A stretch of DNA of 63,871 bases, the filler included, from Octopus bimaculoides (taxonomy: Eukaryota), in the NCBI RefSeq assembly GCF_001194135.2. It is 5 parts of 4 records of this genome, joined end to end, with 100 filler letters (N's around TTAATTAATTAA, not from the genome) between each part and the next. Parts side by side here need not be neighbours in the genome. Positions count along the whole stretch, not along the records: positions 44,418 to 57,692 come from NC_068981.1; positions 57,793 to 61,890 come from NW_026304311.1; positions 61,991 to 63,871 come from NC_068981.1; 2 more parts are not named here. The stretch is one strand, 5' to 3'. Below are positions 50,890 through 63,771 of this stretch, piece after piece. A program made the translations under genes and the position numbers. A model generated the notes under the pieces. It was not told the origin of the DNA. It worked only from the letters and a program-made list of their open reading frames with translations, and did not search any database. The number at the start of each line of letters is the position of its first letter. Position 1 is the stretch's first letter.

Positions 50890-52132
50890 TTGGGTTGGCA
50901 ACTAAGTTCCTGCTGTTTTTTTAAATTTAAATTTTTAAAAAAGTTTAGTAAAAAATAACAACTAATTAATCAATAATGTATTCACCCTTGTTGTTTAAAA
51001 CTTCTTCCCAACGTTCAACAAGATTTTCAATATTTCATTGGTAGAAATCACCTGATTTCAACTCAAAAAATTGATCCAACCAAGCTCCCAATTCTGCATC
51101 AGTATTGAAACTCCACACATAGCATTTGAAAGAGATCGAAAGAGGTGGAAATCTGTTGGTTCCAAATTAGGAGAGTACAGCGGGTGTGGCAGCACTTCCC
51201 AGCCATGTGTTTGAATGGCTTCCTTGGTCATATTGGCGATATGAAGGAGGGCATGCTGACGATTAGGTCTTTTCTCTTGAATAGCCATGTTGAGTCGTTC
51301 CATTTGTTGAACATAGAGTTCCACATTAACTGTTTGGTTCTGTTCAAGCGATTTGTAATGGACAATCCCTCCCCAGTCCCACCATATGCACAATATCGTT
51401 TTATGTGGATGAAGATCTTGTTTCATCCACAGTGTTGCTTGTTTACCGGGGCTAAGCCATTCCTTACGCTGCTTCATATTGATGTGCAGGCATCATTTAT
51501 CATCGCCAGTAATGATTTGGTAAAGAAATCATTGCTTGTGTTCATGAGTTGAGCGGTGACGAGCAAGCAAATGAGCGGAGATTGTGGCTTGTTGATTTTT
51601 GTTGTTGTCACTTAAAGCATACAGAACCCATGCTCCATACTTCTGAACTTTTCCCATCGAGTGAAGATGCTTCTCTATAGCAGTGTGGGAGCATTCCATT
51701 TTCTCTGCCAGTTCCCTTGTCGTTTGACGAGAATTTTCTTGCAAAAGTTGGTTTAATTGCTCTTCATTGAACTCAACTGCACGGCCAGAACTAGGTGCGT
51801 CTTTGAGGTCAAAATTTCCATTTTTGAACTTGGCATACCAATCACGAGCGGTTCTTTCAACTATGGCACCCTCTCCATACACAGCACAAATGTCGCGAGC
51901 AGCTTTTGCGGCCTTAGAACCTTGATTAAAAGCAAAAAGAAGGAGGTGTTGAAAATGCTCGTTTTTCTTAACTTGACATTCCATTTTGAAAATCTGAAAA
52001 TAAACAAAAATTAACTAAAATTAAATAGAAAAAAAACAAAATAGATTCCAAAATGATTCAAAAATAGAATTCTCAGAAAAAAATAGATTCCAAAATTTAA
52101 AAAAGCCGCAGGAACTTAGTTGCCAAGCCAAT
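50890..52132 (-). mobile_element. Full-length (1243 bp) mariner element with TA target-site duplication
   Basis: 24-bp TIRs ttgggttggcaactaagttcctgc / gcaggaacttagttgccaagccaa (1 mismatch); TA at 50888-50889 and 52133-52134. Confidence 0.95.
50966..51984 (-). pseudogene. Mariner transposase, inactivated
   Basis: MECQVKKNEHFQHLLLFAFNQG...WVLYALS...ITGDDK*...WWDW.GIVHY...HPLYSPNLEPTDFHLFRSLSN...GEYIID*. Contains stops, a frameshift and a deletion of the DNARPH segment with the second catalytic Asp. Confidence 0.95.
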
Positions 52133-53481
52133 ATCTTCACATTCTGAGTCCAAATTCTGCTGAGGTCAACATTGCCTTTCATCCTTTTGAGGTTAATAAA
52201 ATAAGTACCAGTTGAGCACTGGGGTTGATGTAATCGACTTGCTTCTCCCCCAAAATTACTGACCTTCTGCCAAAATTTGAAATCATTGTATTATATTGTT
52301 ATATAATATAAATGATATGTAATTTATAAAATATATATATTATTATATTGTTTGATTATAACAAATAATTGTAATGACAATAACAACACCAAACTTAGCA
52401 ATATCATGTGAACCACAACAGCTGTCTTATTAAGAAGTAAGGCAAGAATGCAAGAAAGGTAGCATTGAAGTAAAGTGGATGTGGTGTGGAGTACTAAGGT
52501 GTTGTAAGGTTAGGATTTAACATTATCTCCTAATAAATTTCCCAGACCAAGTAAAAAGAAAACAATTAGTTACTGATAAAGAACCTAGATAAGATACAGG
52601 GCAGACAAATGTCTGGATTTTATTCTGTTCATTGAAGCTTGTCTTCAACATAATGGTCAGACTTTTTATCTTGTGATAAAATAGTTTTGACATAAATTGG
52701 ATGTAGACTTCTGAAAATAGAACTCATAAAAATAATACAAATAATAGCACTGATATTCTATATTGCATACTAAGATTTTCATATATAAACTGTTAAGTAA
52801 ATAAGAAAATAAATAAATAAACTCAATTCTTTGAAACAAGTGAATCAATCAGTTGAGTTAATTAATAAATATAAAGTCAGTCAATTACTTAACCCTTAAA
52901 TGGTGGGAAAAGTTTGCATGAATGTGTGTGCCAAATATGCAAAAAACAAAAAACTATATTTTTTCTTATGGGGTAATTCTTATATATATGTTCACTTTAA
53001 ATAAGTACAAAAGCTAGGAAAATGATATTTTAATTCTTTTAGATTACAAAAATAAAGGCAAAAGAGCAATAAAATCATTTCAGAATAAATTCATTTGAGA
53101 TTCCCAAATTGTTGTCAAATAAAAGTATAAATGGAGAAAAATTGACGTACTTTTTCCTTCCAGAACAAGTTGAAGCATCATTTTCTTCTGTGCTATCCAG
53201 AACACACTGACCCACAAACATGCACACAAACAAACAAAAAGAACACAGCTTGATTAACAGACAGAGTCAACAACTATTGAAAAGGTTGCAAGACGCAATG
53301 AAAATTTTAGAAAAATAAATAAGTAAATGAGTGGAAATTTTACCAGTGAGTGTGTTAAATTATAAGGCACTAAAAGAGAATGACTTTCCCCAGACACAAC
53401 AAAATATGCTTCAACACACGAACTCTCATAAAGAATCTTGCAAACCAAATCCAAAAACAAAATAATATATATATACATATA

Positions 53482-53931
53482 TGAATAAACCAACTGGAGA
53501 AGATGTCTTCCTGAAGTTGAAATAGCAGTGTTGTCATCTCTTAAAGGACACCCATCTTAAAGTGGCAATAAACACTACCTTTTTGGTCTGTATACTGTTT
53601 CTATCTCAAATAGAGATTTTCTGAGGGACTAGTTTCCTAGTTACAAAATCAGTGATTGTATGACACTATTTTCCATTTATTGCGAGCAAGGTTTGACTAC
53701 TACCATGCGTGGCAAACGAGTGCCCACCACTGATGAGACTCAATAAGATCAAAACCATGTGGTCTGATGGTTTCGAAGCTAGGATGTCAGGAGTTTTCTC
53801 CCACTTGCAATAAATGTTGAGTGCGAAAGTGCACTGAATAAATCAGCTGGAGGAGATGTCTTCCTGGGGTTAAAATAGCAGTATTATCATCTCTTAGAGG
53901 ACACCCACGTTAAAGTGACAATAAACACTAC
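53482..53931 (+). mobile_element. Retrozyme-like / Penelope pLTR-like unit: 97-bp direct repeats, 353-bp period
   Basis: 53482-53578 versus 53835-53931 differ at 12 of 97 positions; a hammerhead-like motif lies between them. Confidence 0.6.
53724..53770 (+). ncRNA. Degenerate minimal type I hammerhead motif (G12A)
   Basis: ccacca-CTGATGA-gactcaataagatc-aAA-accatgtggt-C-tgatgg; stem I pairs 5 of 6, stem III has a 2-nt loop. Confidence 0.55.
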
Positions 53932-54658
53932 TTTATATATATTTCACCATTATGGTTGTTTGGAGCCCTGCAATAGAAGTTTCAAATGCATATAGATGCT
54001 CAACCACAACACATCCTCAAGGGACACTTTATTGTATCAGATTACAGATGACTGTGTCCAAAGTTAGATAGTAGTTAATTAAAAACTATACAGAGAGCAG
54101 ACTGGATTATGAAAATCTACCTGGAGCTCTAAACATAACAGTAGCAGTCATACATCTACTTGTACACATAATTTATATATATATATATTAATAATATCAG
54201 CGTAATAAGAAATATTAGAAAAAAATTAGTCAATAGATTATATATTATTCATCTAAATACAGTGTACATTTAAACAAATAAGAGGTATCCATCATAGGAT
54301 TCCTTGCACGCTAGAAGGAACAGCTAAAATCCAAACCACTATTAGGGATAAATTTCAAAGGGAATGAAAAATAAAANNNNNNNNNNNNNNNNNNNNNNNN
54401 NNNNNNNNNNNNNNNNNNNNNNNNNNNNNNNNNNNNNNNNNNNNNNNNNNNNNNNNNNNNNNNNNNNNNNNNNNNNNNNNNNNNNNNNNNNNNNNNNNNN
54501 NNNNNNNNNNNNNNNNNNNNNNNNNNNNNNNNNNNNNNNNNNNNNNNNNNNNNNNNNNNNNNNNNNNNNNNNNNNNNNNNNNNNNNNNNNNNNNNNNNNN
54601 NNNNNNNNNNNNNNNNNNNNNNNNNNNNNNNNNNNNNNNNNNNNNNNNNNNNNNNNNN

Positions 54659-54709
<51 letters not shown>

Positions 54710-55417
54710 TATACTCAAGACAAAAATTGAATGACCTAGAAAATTAATGCTACTATTTTTTGTGTGTGATAACCCAATTACAAAAACCAATGTTTTTTTA
54801 CAACTGTCTTTTTCTTAATTTTAGCCATCCTCTGTCCCTTTTTCTGTTGCATGTTTTCCCTCCTCTATTCTTTCTTTTTCTTCCTCATTTCCTGCCTTTC
54901 CTTCTCCTCCTTTTAGTCCTTTTCCAAATCATCACTTCTCTTCCTCTTTCCTCTTTATCTCTGTTCTGTGTATTGCCTCTCTTTGCTCTCTTTGCTCCTC
55001 TCCCCATGCTTGTAGAATTCTTTCAGTGTTCTGCTTGGTTTATAACCAAAAATGACTCTGTAGAAAGTAGCATTAATTTTCACAACTGATCAATGGGTCA
55101 GATGAGTAAACCTATCAATAGTGAACCTAAAACGACTACAAGAAACAGCTGTAAGTTAAATTTACTACAATAAAGAGATATGCAATAACCATTGTATATG
55201 CCTTGTCTTGTATATCATTCTGTGTAAAAACCAATATAACTGAAACACAACAATGGGTTTACAATATTGAATGGTGATGAACTATAACCTCAGACCCTGC
55301 CACAAGAATACACAATGTTCTTTGCAATATAAACAATATTGTGAGTCTGGTGTGCTAACAGAGAGCCTATAAGGTATTTGCCTTGATTGATAATCCCTCT
55401 CTTATAACTCTGTTTAA

Positions 55418-55478
<61 letters not shown>

Positions 55479-56469
55479 CGTGCGTGCATGCGTGCATATA
55501 CACACACACACATATACACACATGTATGTATGTATGTATATTTGTATGTATGTATGTACATGTATATGCTATAATTTATATCCCAAATGCTAATATTGAT
55601 TAAAGTTTGAATTACTATTTGGCCTTGCATAACAAAACATATGTGTAGGGGCACCCATTATGTTCATGAGCTCTTGAGAGAATTTTGTTATTTGTAACAT
55701 TACAATATACATAGCTTGATCATAGGGTGTCCCACCAAAGAAAAATTTTTCAAGACAGGGAGGGGCCAGGGAGAATGAAAGAAAGAAGTAAGTAAGGAAG
55801 GAAGGAAGAAAGAAAGGAAGGAAGGAAGGAAGGAAGGAAAACACGGTTTCTTTTTATACAAGCTCTTGCAAGATATAAACAAGCTTTAACTGCTAGCATT
55901 GGAAATGTCCAAAAATATAAATTGCCCCTCTCTAAGTGTCGTTCTAATTAGAGAAAGAAATCAAAAGACCTTGCATGAATAATTAGGAAAATAGATTTTA
56001 TCTCACAGTTGTAATTACTAAACTATAAAGTTGTGAATAAAGTTTTACAATTGACTGGCAAAAAAATATATTCTTTACAATAATAATTTACTCAGAAAGA
56101 TCTAAACAGAAATTATATCCTAGAGAATAGATATAATCAATATCCTAAGGGCTAATATTGATTCAACTTTTGGAGCCCTACTTTGTCTTGGATGCACACA
56201 CACACATATGTGCATGCACACACACACGCACACACATGTATGTATGTATGTATGTATGTATGTATGTATGTATTTATGTATGTGTTCTATTATGATTATC
56301 TACTCCATCATTGCCCACAGTTTCTCACTGTGTTTGTTCTTTCAGGCAATAGAAAAATTAAATGCACAAGGAGAGAAATTTTATTTATAACACATGTTTG
56401 CATGTGTGTGGGGAGTGTTTGTACACATACAAATGTATGAATAAACGTTTACATACATATTTATTATAT

Positions 56470-56805
56470 CAGAACTAGAGGAAAAGTTTCAGGTATGGAA
56501 GCAAGGATTAGAATTGAAGGGCCTTAGAGTCAACCTAGCTAAAACCAAAATCTTAATAAGTAGGAAGGCAGACAAACCACAAATCCCTTCAGGTAGATAG
56601 CCCTGCTCGATCTGTAGAAAAGGTGTAGGTAGAAACTCCATAAGATGTAAGCTATAGACACATAAGAGGTGCAGCAATACCAAAGGAAGACTAACTGGGA
56701 AGATAGTTTTTATATGTGGCAAATACTCAGGAGCAATAAACACTGAAAATGTGCAGAGAACAGCTTCTGTCACATTCCGGGAAGGCAAGAAGTTAAATTT
56801 TTTTT
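56470..56805 (+). pseudogene. RTE LINE RT fragment
   Basis: ELEEKFQVWKQGLELKGLRVNLAKTK...PCSICRKGVGRNSI. Confidence 0.85.
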
Positions 56806-56905
56806 TGGCGTAAAACACTACATGGACCCTAAGTAAGGCATGTGTAAAATTTGAATGAAATTGGTTGTGTAGTTCTCAAGTTTTAGGCATTAACACAGAC
56901 AGACA

Positions 56906-56946
<41 letters not shown>

Positions 56947-57021
56947 GCACACACAGACAGGCAGATACACAGACAGACAAACATTCTCATCTTTACATAT
57001 AGAGATAGATAGATAGATTTG

Positions 57022-57215
57022 TTTCAGTCATTTGACTGCAGCCATACTGGAGCACCACCTTTAGTTGAAGAAATCGACCCCAGGACTTATTCTTTTTAAG
57101 CTTAGTACTTATTCTATCAGTCTCTTCTGACGAATTGCTAAGTTACAGGGACATAACACACCAACATCGGTTGTCAAGTGATGGTGGGGAGAACACACAC
57201 AGACACAAAAACATG
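57022..57215 (-). mobile_element. SINE family D, 3' half
   Basis: Matches 5733-5935. Confidence 0.8.
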
Positions 57216-57264
57216 CACACACACACACACACACATATACAAATATATATATATATATATATAA

Positions 57265-57692
57265 AGGTAGGTCTGGTGAGATTGTTGAGATGCTTGAACG
57301 GAGACGTGTTGATATCTGCTGCCTCCAAGAAGTAAGGTGGAGAGGATGTTCCACTAGGTTCCTTACAGGCAAAGAACACAGGTACAAGATTTTCTCGGCA
57401 GGAAACACAGACAGGGTCGGGGGCGTGGGTATACTTCTTGCAGAGAAATGGGTGGATAAGGTAATTGAGGTAGTTAGAGTATGCGATAGAATACTTAAGA
57501 TTAGATTAGTCCTACACCATGGGTTAGCAACCATTATCTCGGCCTATGCCCCTCAGCCCGGGCTACCCGACGGACAGAAAGACCAATTTTATGACACCCT
57601 TCTGCAGACTACCTCATCGACGAATGACAGGGACCTTCTCTTTGTGGCTGGTGACTTCAATGGTCATGTTGGACAACATTCAGGGGGCTTCT
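57265..57692 (+). pseudogene. RTE LINE apurinic-like endonuclease fragment
   Basis: VDICCLQEVRWRG...GGVGILL...IISAYAPQ...VAGDFNGHVG. Confidence 0.9.
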
Positions 57693-59346
57693 NNNNNNNN
57701 NNNNNNNNNNNNNNNNNNNNNNNNNNNNNNNNNNNNTTAATTAATTAANNNNNNNNNNNNNNNNNNNNNNNNNNNNNNNNNNNNNNNNNNNNTAAAACTA
57801 ACTCCCATCACCCACTCCTACAGCTACTGGTATTTCATTGGTTACCAGCAATGCCTATCTTTAACCTCACCATCAGAACATCTGCTATAATTATTACATT
57901 CCCCCTACCTTACGTCATAGACGCTTCCCCCTATAAGTATGGATGTATAGTTGTAAAAATCGATTTTCAACCATAACTTTTAACTATTTTCAAGTCGGAA
58001 TAACTCACTATTGTTTATAACAGGAGTTAAGTCCCCTTCTAGCGACGAGCAAGCTTTTAAGACTTTTGTTGTTTTTTTTTCATCGAGGAAAAATGTGTTT
58101 TGTTGATATACGGGCAACACACACACACACATACGAAATTGTATGCGTACAAAAAATATGTATACAATTGGTGTACGGACGTGCGTGTGTGTATGTGTGT
58201 GTATACATATATGTACATACCTACATCTACATGTTCTACATATATATATAGATGCATATCCGGGTACAGGACGTCAAAAAACATGGACAAAAGAGGAACG
58301 GGAATATAAACAAAGCACTTTTTTACGGACAACAGAATGAACACATAGGAAAACAGACGAGCCACTTATGGAACTTTTCCTTCATCAGCTGCCTTTATGC
58401 TAAACTAGGCGTTTCGAAGATGAGGCAAGACTTAGCTGTGATCTGAACATAACTGCTTCTGACACAGAGAATCGGGAGCCCTTTTGGGAATTCTACTTTC
58501 TTTTCTGGAAGGGTTCCCAACCCATGGGCAAAGAGGGGTTAGATGATGGCGGTGGTGTTTTCAAAGGGCTGGCATGTATNNNNNNNNNNNNNNNNNNNNN
58601 NNNNNNNNNNNNNNNNNNNNNNNNNNNNNNNNNNNNNNNNNNNNNNNNNNNNNNNNNNNNNNNNNNNNNNNNNNNNNNNNNNNNNNNNNNNNNNNNNNNN
58701 NNNNNNNNNNNNNNNNNNNNNNNNNNNNNNNNNNNNNNNNNNNNNNNNNNNNNNNNNNNNNNNNNNNNNNNNNNNNNNNNNNNNNNNNNNNNNNNNNNNN
58801 NNNNNNNNNNNNNNNNNNNNNNNNNNNNNNNNNNNNNNNNNNNNNNNNNNNNNNNNNNNNNNNNNNNNNNNNNNNNNNNNNNNNNNNNNNNNNNNNNNNN
58901 NNNNNNNNNNNNNNNNNNNNNNNNNNNNNNNNNNNNNNNNNNNNNNNNNNNNNNNNNNNNNNNNNNNNNNNNNNNNNNNNNNNNNNNNNNNNNNNNNNNN
59001 NNNNNNNNNNNNNNNNNNNNNNNNNNNNNNNNNNNNNNNNNNNNNNNNNNNNNNNNNNNNNNNNNNNNNNNNNNNNNNNNNNNNNNNNNNNNNNNNNNNN
59101 NNNNNNNNNNNNNNNNNNNNNNNNNNNNNNNNNNNNNNNNNNNNNNNNNNNNNNNNNNNNNNNNNNNNNNNNNNNNNNNNNNNNNNNNNNNNNNNNNNNN
59201 NNNNNNNNNNNNNNNNNNNNNNNNNNNNNNNNNNNNNNNNNNNNNNNNNNNNNNNNNNNNNNNNNNNNNNNNNNNNNNNNNNNNNNNNNNNNNNNNNNNN
59301 NNNNNNNNNNNNNNNNNNNNNNNNNNNNNNNNNNNNNNNNNNNNNN

Positions 59347-60400
59347 AACATATCTTACAATGGCACCTGTAACAAAACACGCATCACTAAAGAATATTAT
59401 AGCCGAATAAAGAAAATTTGGACCTCAGAACATTCTATATTCAATAAAACAATGGCCCACAATGTGCTTGCAGTGCCAGTACTCATACCAACATTTGATT
59501 GGACGCTTGAAGAGATCCTAGCCATCGATGTGAAAGTCTGAAAAGTACTAACAAGCACACATAATTTCCACATAAACTGTGACGTAGACCGTCTCTATCT
59601 AAAACGAAAACAAGGCAGTAGAGGTTTAACATCGATCCAAAATGCCTTTCAATGTCGTATCATATTCCTTCGGTAACATCTTTTAACCACCTAGTGTCGA
59701 AGTGCATCCCTTGACCAAGTTTGCAGACATGAAGCTGATAACATCAGAAGACTTGGAAGGCAGCTCCCTGAGTAACATTCCTTGTCTGATAACCTAGAAT
59801 ACATGCTCAAAAGAAGTCTCACGACTCTACCACAACATATCATCAGAGGAAAGAATGAGACTATATGAACAGAAGACTATGCATAGATATGTTTGTAGAA
59901 AGCTCTGAGATGATAGTAACATTGATCATCAAAGCAGTCTATCATGGACTAATAGCCGGATTACCACCTCCCATTTTGAAGGGTATGCGTTTGCAATCCA
60001 GGAACAGGAAATATGAATCAAATACCTGATGCACAAAAGGGATAGTAACGCAGGAAAAGTAGTAAAATATGACAACCTATGCAGACTTTGTAGAGTTAAC
60101 ACCGAAAATATCACCCACATCATAAGCAGTTGTCTGAAAATGTCATCACGATATTATCTACCGATGAGACATGACGTTGTAGCTAGGACACTCTGTAATG
60201 AAACCCGTCGGAAGGATAACCCCGAGAACAAAGAACCCACTATATGGTAGAAGCCATAGCCACTCATAATGAAAAGAAGTACTGGTGGAATGTCCCAGTG
60301 AAGTCCTCAATACAATGTAAGCACAACAGACGTGATTTGGGATAGAGAAGAGAAACTGTGTACAGTTGTGGAAGTTAGCTGCCTAGCGGATGTTAACATA
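59347..60400 (+). pseudogene. R4/Dong LINE fragment (RT end, CCHC knuckle, start of endonuclease)
   Basis: VDRLYLKRKQGSRGL; EGYAFAIQEQEI; CRLCRVNTENITHIISSC...RHDVVA. Confidence 0.9.
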
Positions 60401-61273
60401 NNNNNNNNNNNNNNNNNNNNNNNNNNNNNNNNNNNNNNNNNNNNNNNNNNNNNNNNNNNNNNNNNNNNNNNNNNNNNNNNNNNNNNNNNNNNNNNNNNNN
60501 NNNNNNNNNNNNNNNNNNNNNNNNNNNNNNNNNNNNNNNNNNNNNNNNNNNNNNNNNNNNNNNNNNNNNNNNNNNNNNNNNNNNNNNNNNNNNNNNNNNN
60601 NNNNNNNNNNNNNNNNNNNNNNNNNNNNNNNNNNNNNNNNNNNNNNNNNNNNNNNNNNNNNNNNNNNNNNNNNNNNNNNNNNNNNNNNNNNNNNNNNNNN
60701 NNNNNNNNNNNNNNNNNNNNNNNNNNNNNNNNNNNNNNNNNNNNNNNNNNNNNNNNNNNNNNNNNNNNNNNNNNNNNNNNNNNNNNNNNNNNNNNNNNNN
60801 NNNNNNNNNNNNNNNNNNNNNNNNNNNNNNNNNNNNNNNNNNNNNNNNNNNNNNNNNNNNNNNNNNNNNNNNNNNNNNNNNNNNNNNNNNNNNNNNNNNN
60901 NNNNNNNNNNNNNNNNNNNNNNNNNNNNNNNNNNNNNNNNNNNNNNNNNNNNNNNNNNNNNNNNNNNNNNNNNNNNNNNNNNNNNNNNNNNNNNNNNNNN
61001 NNNNNNNNNNNNNNNNNNNNNNNNNNNNNNNNNNNNNNNNNNNNNNNNNNNNNNNNNNNNNNNNNNNNNNNNNNNNNNNNNNNNNNNNNNNNNNNNNNNN
61101 NNNNNNNNNNNNNNNNNNNNNNNNNNNNNNNNNNNNNNNNNNNNNNNNNNNNNNNNNNNNNNNNNNNNNNNNNNNNNNNNNNNNNNNNNNNNNNNNNNNN
61201 NNNNNNNNNNNNNNNNNNNNNNNNNNNNNNNNNNNNNNNNNNNNNNNNNNNNNNNNNNNNNNNNNNNNNNNNN

Positions 61274-61436
61274 TTCCATTTCTAGACCATATGACAAAGG
61301 TAGAAGATTTTGTCCATTATGTAACACCGAGCAATTTTTTATTTTATTTTCAAAGAATAAATTGGTGAACACGTTCATCGAAAACTCATACAGATGTAAA
61401 CATTGGCAGCAACACGTGTTCACAGCATTCAGATAA
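61274..61436 (+). pseudogene. Penelope-like GIY-YIG C-terminal end
   Basis: ISRPYDKGRRFCPLCNTEQFFILFSKNKLVN...RCKH; homologous to the end of 27963-29048. Confidence 0.8.
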
Positions 61437-62029
61437 AAAATACTTATTTATATAACGCTAACAAATTAACTTGTAACATATTAGTTCCTCAAATAATTCA
61501 AGAGACACATGGCAATTATACCTTTATATGTAAAATAATATCGTAGACTGATTTCGCTTGATATATGTTATCTAAACACTCTTAATTTGTAAACCCAAAT
61601 TAGAACACCAATAACATCTATAAACATATACTAGAAAATTATTTTCAGTTTAATTCAACATAAACATTACCTCCTACAATGTCTAATATGCTGTGTCCAA
61701 TTAACTTTATTCACTTGATTTCATACTTCATTGTACTTCCATACTACTTCATTTACTACTTTCAATTTATTCAGCAATAGTAAGAGTAATTTATCATGGT
61801 CATAGTTATATTAGTGCCAGTATTCCAAGTCTACGAATTTAATTTATCATCTTAAACTTTCCTAGAAACATCTAAAATTCTGAAAACAATNNNNNNNNNN
61901 NNNNNNNNNNNNNNNNNNNNNNNNNNNNNNNNNNTTAATTAATTAANNNNNNNNNNNNNNNNNNNNNNNNNNNNNNNNNNNNNNNNNNNNAATAGATGGA
62001 TAAGGTTATGACTTGATAAGGTTATGACT

Positions 62030-62280
62030 GGGTATAATAAAAAAATATTCAAACAAATACATAAAAAAACACCAGGACTTACAAATATATATAACATACA
62101 GAAAATTGCACTACTGGGTACTGCACATATTCTACGCAAAACACTTTCAATACAGTAAACATAAGAGCACCACAGCAAACCACAGCACATACCCAAGGCG
62201 CACAGAGCTGCGCTCGGTAGTGAAGTGAAAGCACGTTATAAAAATAAAACTACTGAACAACAATAATAATAATAATAATA
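62030..62280 (+). pseudogene. R4/Dong LINE 3' end with 3' UTR
   Basis: KTPGLTNIYNIQKIALLGTAHILRKTLSIQ*. Confidence 0.9.
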
Positions 62281-62321
62281 GTCGCATCCGCAATAGTATG
62301 GCAGCGGCGACAGCAGCAGTT

Positions 62322-62324
<3 letters not shown>

Positions 62325-62391
<67 letters not shown>

Positions 62392-62460
62392 GTGGGGGAA
62401 GAGGAGGAGGCGGAGGAGGAGCAGGAGGAGAGAGGAGGGAGGAGGGAGGAGGAACAATAA
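62325..62460. repeat. (GTA)n followed by (GGA)n microsatellite
   Basis: Direct inspection. Confidence 0.9.
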
Positions 62461-63735
62461 TTACCATCCCCGTTGTGTTGCACGTAAAAGACTTGATCGT
62501 AATATAGCCTTGACTGGGGCATGATGTCTATATTGAGACATTTCTTTATTCTTGCAAGGAAAACGGCAAACCTGTTACAGCAAGGGTCACAAGTAGCATT
62601 TCTCTTATTTTCATATCGACCTAAAGGAAGTGCAGTGTCTTACCTTGTTTAAAATCATATACTTCTCTCTAAATCTATTTGTCTCTCAGTGTGGCTACAA
62701 TTTTAATCTTTAAAATTTACAGAAAGATACATCACTGGCGTACTTCAGGTCCCACAAATAAAGAGCATTTTAATGAGGTTGACGCTCAGGTGGAAAACCC
62801 TAAATAATTCCTCATGAGGAATTAAAAAATCTCATCGTAAATTGTGGAACCGTTCAACGCTTGCCAGCTTGGTAAGAAGATGTTGTTGTTGATGAGAATG
62901 TAGTGTTGGTGGTTTAGAATGAGGTGGTATTGGTGTTGATTATAGTGGTGGAGGTAGTATCGATGATGAAGAGAAAATGTTGAGGTAATAGGTAGATAAG
63001 GCATTGGACAAAAGGACGAACAGGAGAATTGTATTTCAACCGTAGATAGATAGTCACACACAGGTGCTTTCTAATTTTCATATCTACTTGAAAATCGGTC
63101 AGGATATAAAAAAAAGCAAGAACGTATAATCGTTCCAATTTGTTTCTAAAGTATTTCGAAGTGTTACCTGAAGACTCAGTAAAGACATACATTCCAGACA
63201 AAACCTTTATAGATAACAGTTTGGAGTTATGTGTAAGGTCAAATTAAGGTCAAACAAAAAAAGAAATTGTTAAATATCATCAAACATGATTTTTCTAAAA
63301 AGGATTACTGTATATGATTCTTTGGAAGAAATAGTCTGCACAGAAATTGATTACTTTATAGCTATAAAAAAAAATTCTGATATAAGTAAGATGTATCATC
63401 TTTTTATGGTAAATGTTACAATTGTTTGTGACAAAGCATTTTTTCTAATATATATTTTAATTCAAAGCCAGTAGGCAGAAAAGGTTCTTCAAAATAAGAA
63501 AAATATGAATACAATATTCCTCTGCATATCTAGCTTTTACAATACGACGTAATGAACGTTAAGCGTTTGCTAATCAGCGTATTCATGTAGCGCGCACCTT
63601 ACAGACATCGGAGATATTTTCATCATGTGGGTGTGCACAATCTGTAAGTGCAGGTATGCATAGGTACATACATACACACACACACACATGCACACATACA
63701 TAAACAAACATGCATATTGGTGCATTGTTGTACCA

Positions 63736-63771
<36 letters not shown>

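Larger units (their letters stand above)
50828..52283 (+). mobile_element. SINE family A copy split by the mariner insertion (halves 50828-50889 and 52133-52283)
   Basis: The halves join as ...ggcatttcatcTA|tcttcacattctgagtcc..., colinear with the intact copy at 35045. Confidence 0.9.

Noticed and set aside
58355-58430. CTGATGAAGG and CGAAACG on the minus strand (related motif at 48118-48165) as a type II hammerhead
   Set aside because: Only 7 nt separate the putative cleavage site from the core, leaving no stem I, and stem II is out of register.
62805-62824. Perfect 20-bp palindrome taattcctcatgaggaatta
   Set aside because: Roughly expected by chance in 64 kb of AT-rich DNA, with no supporting context.
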